DNA of 64,000 nt, taken from the NCBI RefSeq assembly GCF_009914755.1, contig NC_060945.1. One strand, given 5' to 3'. This stretch comes from the human T2T-CHM13v2.0 reference genome, Homo sapiens. A program made the position numbers and the translations under genes. Shown here piece by piece: positions 41,425-54,422 of this stretch. How positions within the stretch are numbered: position 1 is the first letter of the stretch; each line of letters begins with the position of its first letter. A model generated the notes under the pieces. The model did not search any database. It had not been told where the DNA came from and saw only the letters and a list, made by a program, of their open reading frames with translations.

Positions 41425-42511
41425 ATCTACATGGTGCTAACTCTGCAGGTATGCTGAGTACAAGAGCTGTGGGAACAAGCTTCCTCCACCTAAACTTCAA
41501 AGGAGGCCAAGGGGACCCTTGGGGTCCAGGCAGGGATCCGCTGTAGAAGCAGGGTCACCACCAAGTCCCCATGGGATAATGCCTAGTAGAGCCATGGAGG
41601 CAGGACCACTACCGTGAGCCATAACTGTAGATCCATCAATATGCAATGGCATCCTGGAAGAGCTACAGGCACCTGACTCCAACCTGTGAGAGCTGCAGCA
41701 TGGGCTGTGCCCAGCAAAGCCAGGGGAGTAGGGTCCCTTGGAACCTTGGGGATTCAACACCCATCCCAGTGTGTCTAGAAGGTGGGGCATGTAACTAAAG
41801 ATTGTTCTCAAGCCTTAAAATTTAATGTTTGCCCTAATCCATTTTGGACACAGTTGGATCTGTTATCGCTTTCTTCTTGCCTGTTCTCATTTGGAATGGA
41901 AATGTTTATCTTATGCCTCTTCTAATATTACATGTTAGGAGCACATAATTGGTTTGCTTTCTCAAGCTCATGGCTAGAGAGAAATTTTTTTTCCAGATGA
42001 ATCATACCTTGAGTTTCACTCATATCTAATATGTATGAGACTTTAGACTTTAGACTTTAGACTTTTGAGTTGTGGCTGGAATGAGTTAAGACTTCTGGGG
42101 GCTATTGAGATGGGATGAATATATTTTGCATGTGAGAATGACATAAATTTAGGAGGACCAGTGGCAGAATGTTGTGGCTTGAATGCGTCCCTTCCTAAAT
42201 GTATATGCTGAAACTTAATGGCTGATGAAATAGTATTAAGAAGTGGAATTTTTAAACAATTTTAGGTCATAAGGGCTCCTCCCTTGAGAGTGGGATTAAG
42301 GCACTTAGAAAAGAGGCTTCACATAGCATTTTGTCCTCTTTTGCGCTTCTGCTTTCTGCCTTGAGAGACTGTATTAAGAAAGCCCTCACAAGATACTGCT
42401 GCCTCCATTTGGGACTTACCAACCTCCAGAACTGTGAGAAATAAATTTCTGGGTTTTATACCCTACCTAATCTGTGGTATTTTGTTACAGCAGCACAAAT
42501 GAACTAAGACA
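41115..42511 (+). mobile_element. MaLR: MST-int 3' part (41115-42169) plus MSTC/D-like LTR (42170-42511)
   Basis: int motifs gctgtgcccagcaaagcca and gagactttagactttagact; the LTR ends gtggtattttgttacagcagcacaaatgaactaagaca. Confidence 0.8.
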
Positions 42512-43039
42512 CACCTCTTTAAGATTTTGGGTTCTTTATCACAATATTTTATTTTTCTTGGCCTCCAGAGCCTCAACTGAAAACAAAACAAAAATTATTC
42601 TCATTTTGTCATCATTTTATATACTATATGTTTGTAATTATAGAACATCAATATAAAATTAGGCATATAGAGAGTTGTATATGTAAACATAATTATGTAG
42701 AAACTGAATAGCACAGGAGAGTGTATTTTCTGGAACTACTATTATCCAAACCAAGCAGACTGCAGACCTTCATCTTCTTTCTGGACCAGCTGTCACCCAG
42801 TAGACTCAGCCACATATTGTATCCAGAGTTGCAATATCCATTCAAATTAGTGATATTTTTAAGACAAAAATCCACTAATTCTATGTTTGTCAACTTTTAT
42901 CTATCAACATACAAAATACAACTATATTACCCCAAGAACTTTCTAACACATTATTTTCCTCACCATGAGTTTTACTTTACTGTCCCTGTCTCAGCCTGTA
43001 GCCCTTTCCCTGCTCTACATCCTCTAATACAGAGCTCCA

Positions 43040-44090
43040 CTACTGCAGAATTCTCTGCATTCACAACTTTTCTCATCTTCACTAGTAACTGCACTAATTG
43101 AACTCTGGTTCTCTCTCTGGGAAACATATATTACTGCTTATTCCCCAACTCCTTTTCCTTAAACACTTTGATACCTTGTTTGCATAATTTTCTTCATACC
43201 TAGATGTCATTGTCATCATCCTTAGTGAATATAAATGTCCACATAGACACAGTAAACAACTAAATTATCAGTTTCATAATTGAAAATGTCTGGTGAGCTT
43301 TTAGCCCCTCACTTGGCAATTCATTTTCCTAATTCCAAATTTGACCTTTTGATTATCTATAATAAAATCTCTTTAATATGTTTCTAAATATCACCAATTC
43401 AGTGATTCTACAATCTAATTTATTGCCCAGATACTTGGTCAAAAACTCTTGCTCAGAAATTGAAGCCTCTATAAATTTCTCCCTATCTACCTCTTTTTTT
43501 CACTTTTTCATTATCCAGTTTGCTCCATCATCCATGATTTCAAGGACATTCCTGCAAATATTCTAACTCTCTTGTTCTTCTGTTATTCCTATTTATCCTA
43601 CCAAGCAAAACAGCAACCTTGGATGACCTGAACTATAATAACACAGCATGCCCTTACCCCAGCAGCTCACCAATACAAGATAATTTCACACATGAGGTCA
43701 TATCAGCCTCCTAAAAATGCATTATCATCACTCACAAGCCTTTGCTACTGCCCATCTACCTCACTCTTCAAAAAAATATTTGATCCTCTCTCCTCTCCTC
43801 AGATTTTGATTACTACACCTTTCTCTCACTCCAACAGATGTCTTTGCCATCTACCTTTCAAAGAAAATAAAAGTCATAAGATTAGATCACAAATACGTTT
43901 TAGTACTAAAATATATAGACACGCATTTGCACGCTCATCTCTTCTAAGGTTAATTCCCCCTTACCTGTACTTTGAAAATCACATATTTTTGCTAAAGCAA
44001 AACTATGTTATTGATTTTCCCTTATTTATCTTGCATATTCAATCTTTAATTCTCAACTAAAAACCCTCCACTATTTTCTATTCTTACATT
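43040..44090 (+). mobile_element. L2 relic
   Basis: C/T-rich degenerate L2 ORF-like sequence (e.g. gtcatcatccttagtgaatataaatgtccacataga). Confidence 0.45.
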
Positions 44091-44822
44091 TTAATCAAAA
44101 TGATAAAAGTATTGGACTGTAATTTAACTTTCCCTATCTATCTATAGCAAAGAGAAGACTCAGAGATGCAAATTTGTATGATGAAAAGTGCCTAAGTCTT
44201 TGAAACAACCAGTTAATCATAGTCTCTTCCTTGCCACCAATGAGATGGTGATGTGAACAAGAAATACAGTATTTTTTGTCATTTTTAAGCACTGATACTC
44301 TAATTGATCTCTTATAGTGTTATAACAACTAGCATTAGTTTCACTGATACCAAAACTGTTCCCTTGAAGTGATATTATGCTGTAAGAAAAAGTAAAATAT
44401 ATGGAATTGGTTAAGTAGTCAGGTGGCAGGTCAAATGATCTGATATTTATATTTGTAACCTGAAAATCTATGCCATAAAACGACAAGATACATACACTAT
44501 TTTCTGCAAGAATTGGGAATTCAGGCCTCATGAAAATTGTGCCCTTAACTCTAAAAGAGAAGGATAGAAAATACATTGATATTAGTAATTTGGGGTGTTA
44601 CTACTTACATACAGTGAGGCATTAGAAGAAAGAAATAGACTTAGAAAAAAATGTCTGAATATGCGACAAAAATTACAAGGAAGAAAGTTCAAACATATGG
44701 AGGCTCAAAGGTGGAAAAGTGAACGGCTTCTAGACTCCAAAGAGTAACAGATAAAATAGAGAAAAAGTTGGGGCAGCAAATGACATAAGGCTCAGCACTT
44801 AGATACTTCAGAAGTGGCCTAG

Positions 44823-45136
<314 letters not shown>

Positions 45137-45803
45137 TAAATATTCTATCTGAGGAAAAAGTATGAGTCACAGAAAACCTGGGTAAGGAATATCCTGTAAT
45201 TTGATCTAGGTTTACTTAAAGAAAGAAATTTTCCTGAGAGGGAAAGGGCCCCAACAAAACTGCCCGTTAGAAACAACAACCACACCCTCACACACAAAAA
45301 ACTGTTAAGTCCTATCAAAATTTGATTTTAAATGGGAGTTTATGTGTAGTTGTCTTGTTTCTATTCCAAAACTGTGCGCTGGGTGTATCATTACGTGGAG
45401 TGAAGATAATTTGTATCCTTTTAGAGAACAGTTTGCTAAACCACAGCTAGTCACATGTGGACCTGAAGGAGAAGGTAGAGGATCACCAGGACCTTCAGCT
45501 GTCTTAAGTAACTGAATGGGTATTGGATTTGTCGCCCTTGGAGAATGTGTGAATATGCCCAGTGTCTGAAAGAAGGTGCAGGATGAGGTATTCAATGGTC
45601 AATGGAGTAGCAAAGAAAGACAACCAACCACCATAACTGTTTGCTCTCTTTCTCTAATGTATACTAGTTGAAGTGATAGGACTAATTTTCCAGTAACTTC
45701 ATTTTTCAGTTTTCAGTCTGTTTGCAGCTAAGCGGGGCTGTGTGATTTGTACTTAACAATGGAGAGTGAGTATAAATGAGGCTTAGGGAAAAAAAGGTGT
45801 GTC

Positions 45804-46152
<349 letters not shown>

Positions 46153-46529
46153 TAAGTTATAAATAGACATCTGAAATGGAAGAAACTAAGTGCTTTCTTC
46201 ACTCTTTCATAGAAGTGCTTCCTTTTGTATCCACTAGACATCACACCCTGTCATCACTGGACAGTAACATGAGCTACTGAAATTTTGGGATTTATCTCTT
46301 ACAGCAACTGTTACCTTAAAAAATAATTCAGCTTGTATATTTTTCTATATTTGAAAGGATAAAATGGTACTATGGCAGTGGCCAATTCTTGCCTCTCCAC
46401 CCCATAGCTATCTTGCCAGATGCCATCACTGAATGTTCTTTTTTATTTTATCCTAGAATTTATATGCATATTATAAAGCTGCATGCTTGCACTACCACTT
46501 AAAAATAATTTGTTAGCTTTCTACTATTG

Positions 46530-46680
46530 TTGTATGTTTTTTGGGTATGTCATTATGGATCTGTGTACCAAACACTTCATAGAAAGTCAATAAATAATAA
46601 ATACATATACTTACGTATAATATATTTGGTGTAATCATTATATGTCATATATTAATATTATATGTAATATATTTAGTACA
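46530..46680. repeat. Direct repeat copy A (partner 47975-48135)
   Basis: 39-bp identity tcattatggatctgtgtaccaaacacttcatagaaagtc (46550-88 = 47996-48034), plus shared atatattaatattatatgtaatatattta. Confidence 0.88.
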
Positions 46681-47974
46681 TACATTTTAAATACAAAATT
46701 ATAGATAAATAACCCTCTTATACTTCTCAGCCAAAAGTATACATTTGTTCACACACACACAATTAGTTTTTCTATGTTCTAATAGAATTACACTGGATGA
46801 ATAAATAAATGTTTGATATTTGCATTCTTAAGATTATACAAACATGGTTCACAGGACCTCAAAGTGTTTCAATAATGCTTTAATGTCTCACTTACAACTA
46901 AAGAAAAAGTACACCTTTCAGAAATTAAGGTTTCCTATAAATCTGCGGTAATTTCATTGTGGACTCCTTTGAAATGACTTCTCCATTCTGTGGGTAAAAT
47001 TATAATCCTTGTCTCCCTCTATAATTTCCCTGGAAATAAAAGGTTAATAGTTCTTTAAGCTTTCCTCTAACCTCAGGGACACCCGATAATTTTTTGACTT
47101 GCTTAAGCCCTCCTTGTATTACCAACTCAAGAAATTTTTAGGAGCATAACCGTACACAGGAAAGATGAAAAGTATCCAGCTAAAGGCTGCTTTTCAGACC
47201 AACCACTGTGTAAGTCGATGTCTATAACAAAGAGTCAAGAGTCAAGAAAAAATATAAGCAGACATGAAAAGAGTGGCTGCCATCTTCTGCTATCAAGTTA
47301 ATCTGTTAGATGCTTTCTTACTTTTATTACTTTGTTAATCTTTGTGTTCTTTGTAAAAGCCTTTAAAAGCTAAAAATGTTGTGGCATCATCTATAGCACC
47401 AAACACTTGCATCCATGTGGTACAGAAATTGACCAATACATCTTCACAAAAGCAGAGACATTTGTGAAAACGCAGTATTATAGGACTGACAAGATATAAC
47501 CAGTGAAGAGTAATCAAGTCAGAACTAATTAAATAGTTAAAATATATTATACATAGACCAATTCAAATTTGATTAGTTTCTTTTTTATGGAATTGTACAT
47601 AATGACTACACAAGCAAAATGTAAATAAAATATATCATGACTATATTTCCTTCATTCACATTTTATCCCTCTAGACTCATGATAAAGCTATCTATGAACA
47701 CAGCTTGTACATGTCATGCAAAATAGAACAATAACAAGAAAGTATTGCCAGTTGTGAAAATTTTAGCATTATAATATTTTGAATGTCCTTAATGTCTTAT
47801 TGCATGCATGACTTCTAAATCAGCATGTTAAAGTATTTGAAGTAAGGATAGTATATATGTGTATATGTATGTATACATGTATATTTTTTCTACTGATATG
47901 GCACTGAAATAATTTACTATATTCTCTCTTGATATTCAATCCAACTTATAAGCAGCACAAAATGTTATATTGTA

Positions 47975-48135
47975 AATGCATGTTTATTGAGTATTTCATT
48001 ATGGATCTGTGTACCAAACACTTCATAGAAAGTCGATAAATAAAAAGTACAAGTATATTTAACATATATTTACATATGTTTGATATAATCATTAGGTTAT
48101 CTTAATATATTAATATTATATGTAATATATTTAAG
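47975..48135. repeat. Direct repeat copy A' (partner 46530-46680)
   Basis: Same shared blocks as copy A. Confidence 0.88.
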
Positions 48136-48340
48136 ATTATTATAAAAACATGTTTGAGTCATTCAAGTATGCATTTTGATTATTTACAACAGTAATAAAA
48201 ATTTAAATCACTTCAATGATATTAAGAATATTCACATAAAAATATGAAATGAAAACCAATTATAATAAAACAGAAAATAATAACTCTTTAACAAATACCT
48301 TATAATTTAGAGCAAATGACAAACCAAAATATTTCTCAAA

Positions 48341-48742
48341 CATTTTGATAAAGAGATCATGAGTCTGATTGAAAAGATTTTTATGAGACCTTAATAATTA
48401 CAATAATTTAGAAAAAGTAATCATGTATTAATTATTACAATAAACTTCCTTTTTTAAAGAGCTCTAACTGTGGAATATAAAAGCTTCCAAATGTGGAAAA
48501 ATAAAAGTGTTTCATTGATAACTTATTATTCAAGTTTTGCAGAATGTGATATTCTTATATTAACTTTGACTTCTTCAATATAGTCCCCATCCAAATTTCC
48601 CATTCATATCTATTAACACCTTTACTGTGTGAGGTATGAGGTGAAAAAAAAATTTATTAAAGCAATAATAGAAAATTCTTGTTCAATGTAATATAGTCTG
48701 GTTTAGAAATATTTTAATTATTACAGTAAAAAATTTCTAATA
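48341..48742. repeat. Inverted repeat arm B (partner 51398-51786)
   Basis: 48690-48714 = rc 51426-51450 (25/25) and 48464-48482 = rc 51644-51662 (19/19), colinear over ~400 bp. Confidence 0.92.
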
Positions 48743-49060
48743 GTGCAGAAAACAAGACTTAGCCTTTATAATTTAGTTTTCACATGACTTACATTGTATT
48801 ATAAATTTTATGGCTACATAATGTTATATAAATGCCTTTATTATAAAGAAGACCCAAAATATATATGGTAAAAATTTTAATAGGCCAATTATAAATCAAT
48901 AGATAAATTGGTATTTCTAAGCAATCTTTTGCGTACAGAGAATATTAACGAAATTTTCACTAAATCATCTAACCTAGTCTAAATTGTGATGCTCTTGAGT
49001 TCATAAATATAGTATAATCAAAGGATATTCATTAATAGCTTTTTTAAAACCCTATATCCT

Positions 49061-49364
49061 GTCGGGCGCGGTGGTTCACGCCTGTAATCCCAGCATTTTG
49101 GGAGGCCGAGGCAGGCGGATCACATGAGGCCAGGAGTTCGAGACCAGCCTGGCCAAAATGGCAAAACCCTGTCTCTACTAAAAGTACAAAAATTAGCCGG
49201 GTGTGGTGGTGGGCACCTGTAATCCCAGCTACTCAGAAGGCTGAGTCAGAAGAATCGCTTGAACCCGGGAGGCGGAGGTTGCAGTGAGCCAAGTTCGAGC
49301 CACTGCACTCCAGCCTGAGACACAAGAGCGAGACTCTGTCTAAAAAAGAAAGAAAGAAAGAAAG

Positions 49365-49419
<55 letters not shown>

Positions 49420-49430
49420 ACGAAAGAAAG

Positions 49431-49480
<50 letters not shown>
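49061..49480 (+). mobile_element. AluSq-like with ~135 bp (GAAA)n tail
   Basis: Full Alu; TSD aaaacccta(t/c)atcct at 49046-60 and 49481-95 encloses the microsatellite. Confidence 0.93.
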
Positions 49481-49481
<1 letters not shown>

Positions 49482-51397
49482 AAACCCTACATCCTAGTGA
49501 ACTACATCAGATATGTGTTATTTATACCTCATTTGCCTTCATACTCATCTATATATACCTCCTTTTCCTACCGTCTCTGTGCCCTTGGAGCCTGAATCTT
49601 TGGACAGGATCAGATGGGCTTATTCTCTCACTTTTGCCTAGTTGGGCTCAGCAAATGCAAAACAGCAGTAAATGACCCTGGAGAAGTTAAATACATAAAA
49701 GCTGTAAGCATCATTTAGTTTTTGAAGAGTAAAGAGGATTTTCTCTTTTTAAATTACATGTTCATGAAATGACTTGAGGAGACTTTTCATCTAAAGTATA
49801 CCTTTTCATTCAAACAATGCACGAATATGGACAGCTTGAACATCTAAGCTCAAATGGTACACATACTTTTAAAGGTAGTTTATTCAATCTTTAAACAGAA
49901 TTTGGAGTCTTAAATCAGAAAGAATAAAGTTTCTATTGCAATAATTGCTTATATTGATAAAATTTGAGCATTAGTACAGTAGGGAGAATATCTGTTTATG
50001 TCTTTCTATTCAGCACAAGTATTGTGCCCAGCAGGTACATACTAAATGTACTAAATGCATATTGATTAAATCGATAAATATAGGAAAGTTGGAATCATAT
50101 AGCACTTCACAATAAAGTGCTTTCACATGTACACATCCATAAGTTATTTGACTTTTTATAACTCTATAAGTATTGTTGGGTACGTTTTATCATCAGCTTC
50201 TCAAATAGTCAGTGCAATTTAAAAGTTCTTTTCAAGATCACATGGCTAGTTAAGTTCTAGAATCATGAACCCATTCACCTTCTTCTATAACCTCTTCCAG
50301 TGATATGGTACTACAATACATATCCCTTACTGTATTTTCTGATGTGATTAAGCATATATTGCTGTATACTCATATAAGCCACTATCAAATGCTTATTAAC
50401 TGTGATATGCTCACTTATTTATTTGTATCATTGCTATTAATGCTTACAATGATTCTAAAAAAGAAATAGTCTACATTTTTTCATCCTTATTATTTTACAT
50501 AAGAGGAAACTGAAGCAGAGAAGGCTAAACTCCAATACTATTCTCTGCAAAAGACATCTAGATGTACAGCATACCAGCCCATTTAAAAAATACATTTTAT
50601 TTGCTATTAGTAATAATGAAAAATAAAACTAGTTTAAAAAAAGAAAGTAGAATTAGGGAGCAATGAAAAAATATCCAATTGGTTCATCTCCAGGAGGATA
50701 AATAATCATTGTAATCAATTTTTCAAGTGAATTGGTATTATTTTTATATAATGGAAAACAAGCAAACAATTAAATATAGGAAACTATTGTATTTAAATAT
50801 TTTTATGTATTATGACATTTTCATTTATCAAAGTTTTGCCCAGATTATGACACCATAGTGATCAACTCAATAATTATTTAAATACCAGTGTTCAGAATAG
50901 TGAAAACATGTTTGCATATTTTTAGTTAATATAATTTTATTTCTTGGAATATACATTTTGGATTTTTCTCTATTAAAATAATTCTACCTCACTATATTTT
51001 TCAAAAAGAAAACATTTCATCAGGCTCGATCTTCTCTACTGCTGCTACTAGAATTACTCTTGTATGAAGCAAAATTTTCAGCTGGCAAAGTCTTACAGGA
51101 AATTTTTCCTTTGAAATTGAATTTCGCATTTATTTTCCTAAAACACACACACACACATGCATACACACACATACACACATAAAATCGTATTCAACATTTA
51201 GGCATAGCATTATGTCTCTAACAGCAGCAACACAAATAACAAGTAACTGGTTAAATGCAATGTTCAGGAAGACAACTGGTTGAATATCAACATATGAAAA
51301 TGCCTCCTGAAAACAATTACATCTGCTTTTAGCATTGAGGTAGAACTCATTCTTGTGCAGGGTTTGGTTATGTCTTCCATTTTGCTGTCAATATTTG

Positions 51398-51786
51398 TAT
51401 TAGAAATTGCTTACTGTAATATTTGAAATATTTCTAAACCAGACTATATTGAACAATTTTCTATTATTATTCTAATAAATGCTTTTACACCTCAAGCAGT
51501 ATAAGTGTTAATGGATATAAAAGGGAAATTTGGATGGGAACTAGTTTGTAGAAGCCATAGTTAATTTAAGAAAATCACATTTTGTAAAACTTGAATAATA
51601 AGTTGTCAATTAAAGGCTGTTTTATTTTTCCACCTTTGGAAAGTTTTATATTCCACAGTTAGATCTATTTAAAGGAAGTTTCTATTGTAATAATTAACAC
51701 ATTATTGTTTTTTAAAAAATTACTGTAATCATTAAGGTCTCATAAAAATCTCTGTGATTAGACTCATGACACTCTTTATCAAAATG
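51398..51786. repeat. Inverted repeat arm B' (partner 48341-48742)
   Basis: Same anchors as arm B. Confidence 0.92.
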
Positions 51787-52483
51787 AAAATACAGAGAGC
51801 CCCTTATTTAAAAGACAGGGGAGAGGTGCTGCCAGAGGCACTAAAATACATCATTTCTGTTTCACGCCATTTTTACTTTGCACTAAATAACACAAATTTC
51901 TCTCACTTGAATACCGATTCATGGTTCCTCTACCCTCAAAACTTTGGTATACGCAAAATTTTAAAGTATCTTGACCTGAATATTTCTCAAGGGAAATTTG
52001 GTTATGATCCATACCCACTGTCAACAGCTGTCTTTTCATCATGTGAAATGCAAGTACGCCCAAAAAAAGAAATTTGATTTTTTTTTCATCTCATGTTTTT
52101 AGAGCAGGACAGCAATCATTGGCCTCAGTATATTGACTTCATGTGACTCAGCTGCCCAATATTGTTCCAGCCAGCTGTGTCTATGGGTGAGAGAGGGTCA
52201 CATGGTATCACACTCAGAGAAGCATTAATGGCCTTGCTGAGGCATTTCCCATCAAACCAAAGGGTGGGCAAGTCAGTGTCTGTGATTAACACATGTAAAA
52301 TATGAAAGAAGCCATATTATTCAAATAGTTTAATTTGGCAAAATATCTGTTAAAAATAAAAATAGGATATAATGTATGCATTTAATTTTAACTGTAAATG
52401 TATAAGTGTGAATATATTTTAAAACTTTGGGGTTCAAGACCAAGAGCTCTGCTTAAAAGTTAGCTGATGGACAGACCTATATA

Positions 52484-52549
52484 CTTTCTTTTCTTTTCTT
52501 TTCTTTTCTTTTCTTTTCTTTTCTTTTCTTTTCTTTTCTTTTCTTTTTT
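52484..52549. repeat. (CTTTT)n pentanucleotide repeat
   Basis: About 11 perfect units. Confidence 0.95.
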
Positions 52550-53435
52550 ACACAAACCACACTCATAATGCATCCTCTGCAATTTTCTGTTTCCATCTCT
52601 TTAAAGCACATCAAGCAATTACAAACACTTGTAAATCAATTTATGTGGAGAATCATTTTAGAAGTCTGATTTTTTCCCCAGTTTTTGTTATAGTTGTCCA
52701 GCCCACACTTACTTTTTGAAAGCATCTTTCAAGTGATTCACCTTTGTAGAGTTGTTTTCAAGGCATACAACTTAGTTTTCATAGAAACAACCCTCTTTAT
52801 TTTCATACGCTTATTTTCATAAGCTTAAGTAATATTTAAATAAATTTTGTAAGTAAAAACAAAAAACAACTGGTATAAAGAGATTTAGGGATAAACACAT
52901 CTGACACTTGGTGTACATACTACCGAAACATAGAGAACAGAAGTGCGGGGACAGAATAGTCTGCCAGCCAAAGGCGTTCAACAAGGATAGACTTCAGTAA
53001 ATATGCTTAACAGAAGGAGTGGAAAGCATTGTTTCATCTGGTAAACTGGTAAAATGCAAGTCATTTAAAAAATAACTTTTATTGTATTCTTATCCCTTAG
53101 TTCTTTAAATTTAGCTTATTTTATTTCAGCATCCTCAAACTGGTCTCTAAATAGAAAAGGAATCTGAAAAGCCATATTATTTCACACCCACTAAATATGT
53201 AATTAAACACTTATACCTTATTTAATCTATATAAAGAGATAATATGGGCATATTTAGATGGTGACCTTGAAATCAATATACTGTTTAAATATATGACAGT
53301 GCAGATTATTAAGATGAAGCTCAGAAATGACACTTGTAATGCATGCTGAGTATTTGAAGTTTGAAAAATATGACAGCAAGGAAAGAATGGTAGAACTATT
53401 CCGGAAACTTTTCAGAAAAGACATAATCAAGAGGG

Positions 53436-53437
<2 letters not shown>

Positions 53438-53488
<51 letters not shown>
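53438..53488. repeat. (CA)n microsatellite
   Basis: About 25 perfect units. Confidence 0.95.
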
Positions 53489-53493
<5 letters not shown>

Positions 53494-54186
53494 TGAAACA
53501 GAAAAACTGCAAAGACTGAATTTTTTTCCCCATGGCAAAAATCAGTTTAGTGATTTTTAAATGGAGATTATACAAAGGTCACTACCTTCAAACAAACCAG
53601 CTAAGAAATGTTAACAATCACTAGGACCAGAATAGGTATAATTTTGGAGGAAGATGTGTTCTGTTAGATAATTAGATTAATATTTGTATTTTAATATCTG
53701 GAAGAAAAACATTCTGAGAATATTTCAAGCCTTTGTTTTTATTTAGCAATAATTGAGCTTATTCTCCTCACTTATCCACCCATTTCTCTGGAACAATTGC
53801 TAATTTATGTTTCAAGATTTGTAGTCTCAGATATAAATTTAGTTTTTATATTACTTAAAGCAAAAAATACAGATTTATAACATTCTTCAGTTTAAGAATA
53901 TGATTCATATAATTTCCTGCTCTCAAGAAACTTTTCTCTTCTTAGTAATATACATTACTAAAATATATACTCTAAAAGGGCTAGACTTTTCATCTGTTAC
54001 ATTTTGTATCTATCTCTAAAACCTAGAAAAGTGGCATAAGTTTAATGATCTATCAGTTCTCACTGCATGATGAATGAATGCCTTGAACAGTAAGTTTTCC
54101 CCGATCAGTAGTGAAATCAGCAATGGCTGTGTAGCGAGCACTGGTAAAATACACGTTAGTGTCCACCTGTGAACTTTTGTATGTGT

Positions 54187-54422
54187 ATTTTTTGAGACAT
54201 GGTCTTGCTCTCTTCCCTAGGCTGGAGGTCATTAGTGTGATCATAGACCAAGTTCACCACTCGAACTCCTAGGCTGAAGCTATCCTCCTACCTCAGGAGT
54301 TGGGATTACAGGTGTGAGCCACCATGACCAACTAATTTTTAATTTTTTTGTTGTTGTTGTTGAGATGGGGTCCGCTATGTTACCCAGGCTGGTCTCAAAC
54401 TCCTGGCCTCAAGTGATCCTCT
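54187..54422 (-). mobile_element. AluJ, degenerate and truncated
   Basis: ctatgttacccaggctggtctcaaactcctggcctcaagtgatcctc, J-type. Confidence 0.8.

Noticed and set aside
46500-51800. Possible miRNA or small-RNA cluster within the local duplications
   Set aside because: I recognised no known miRNA or snoRNA sequence and no convincing ~70-nt hairpin. A folding or Rfam scan would be needed to exclude it fully.
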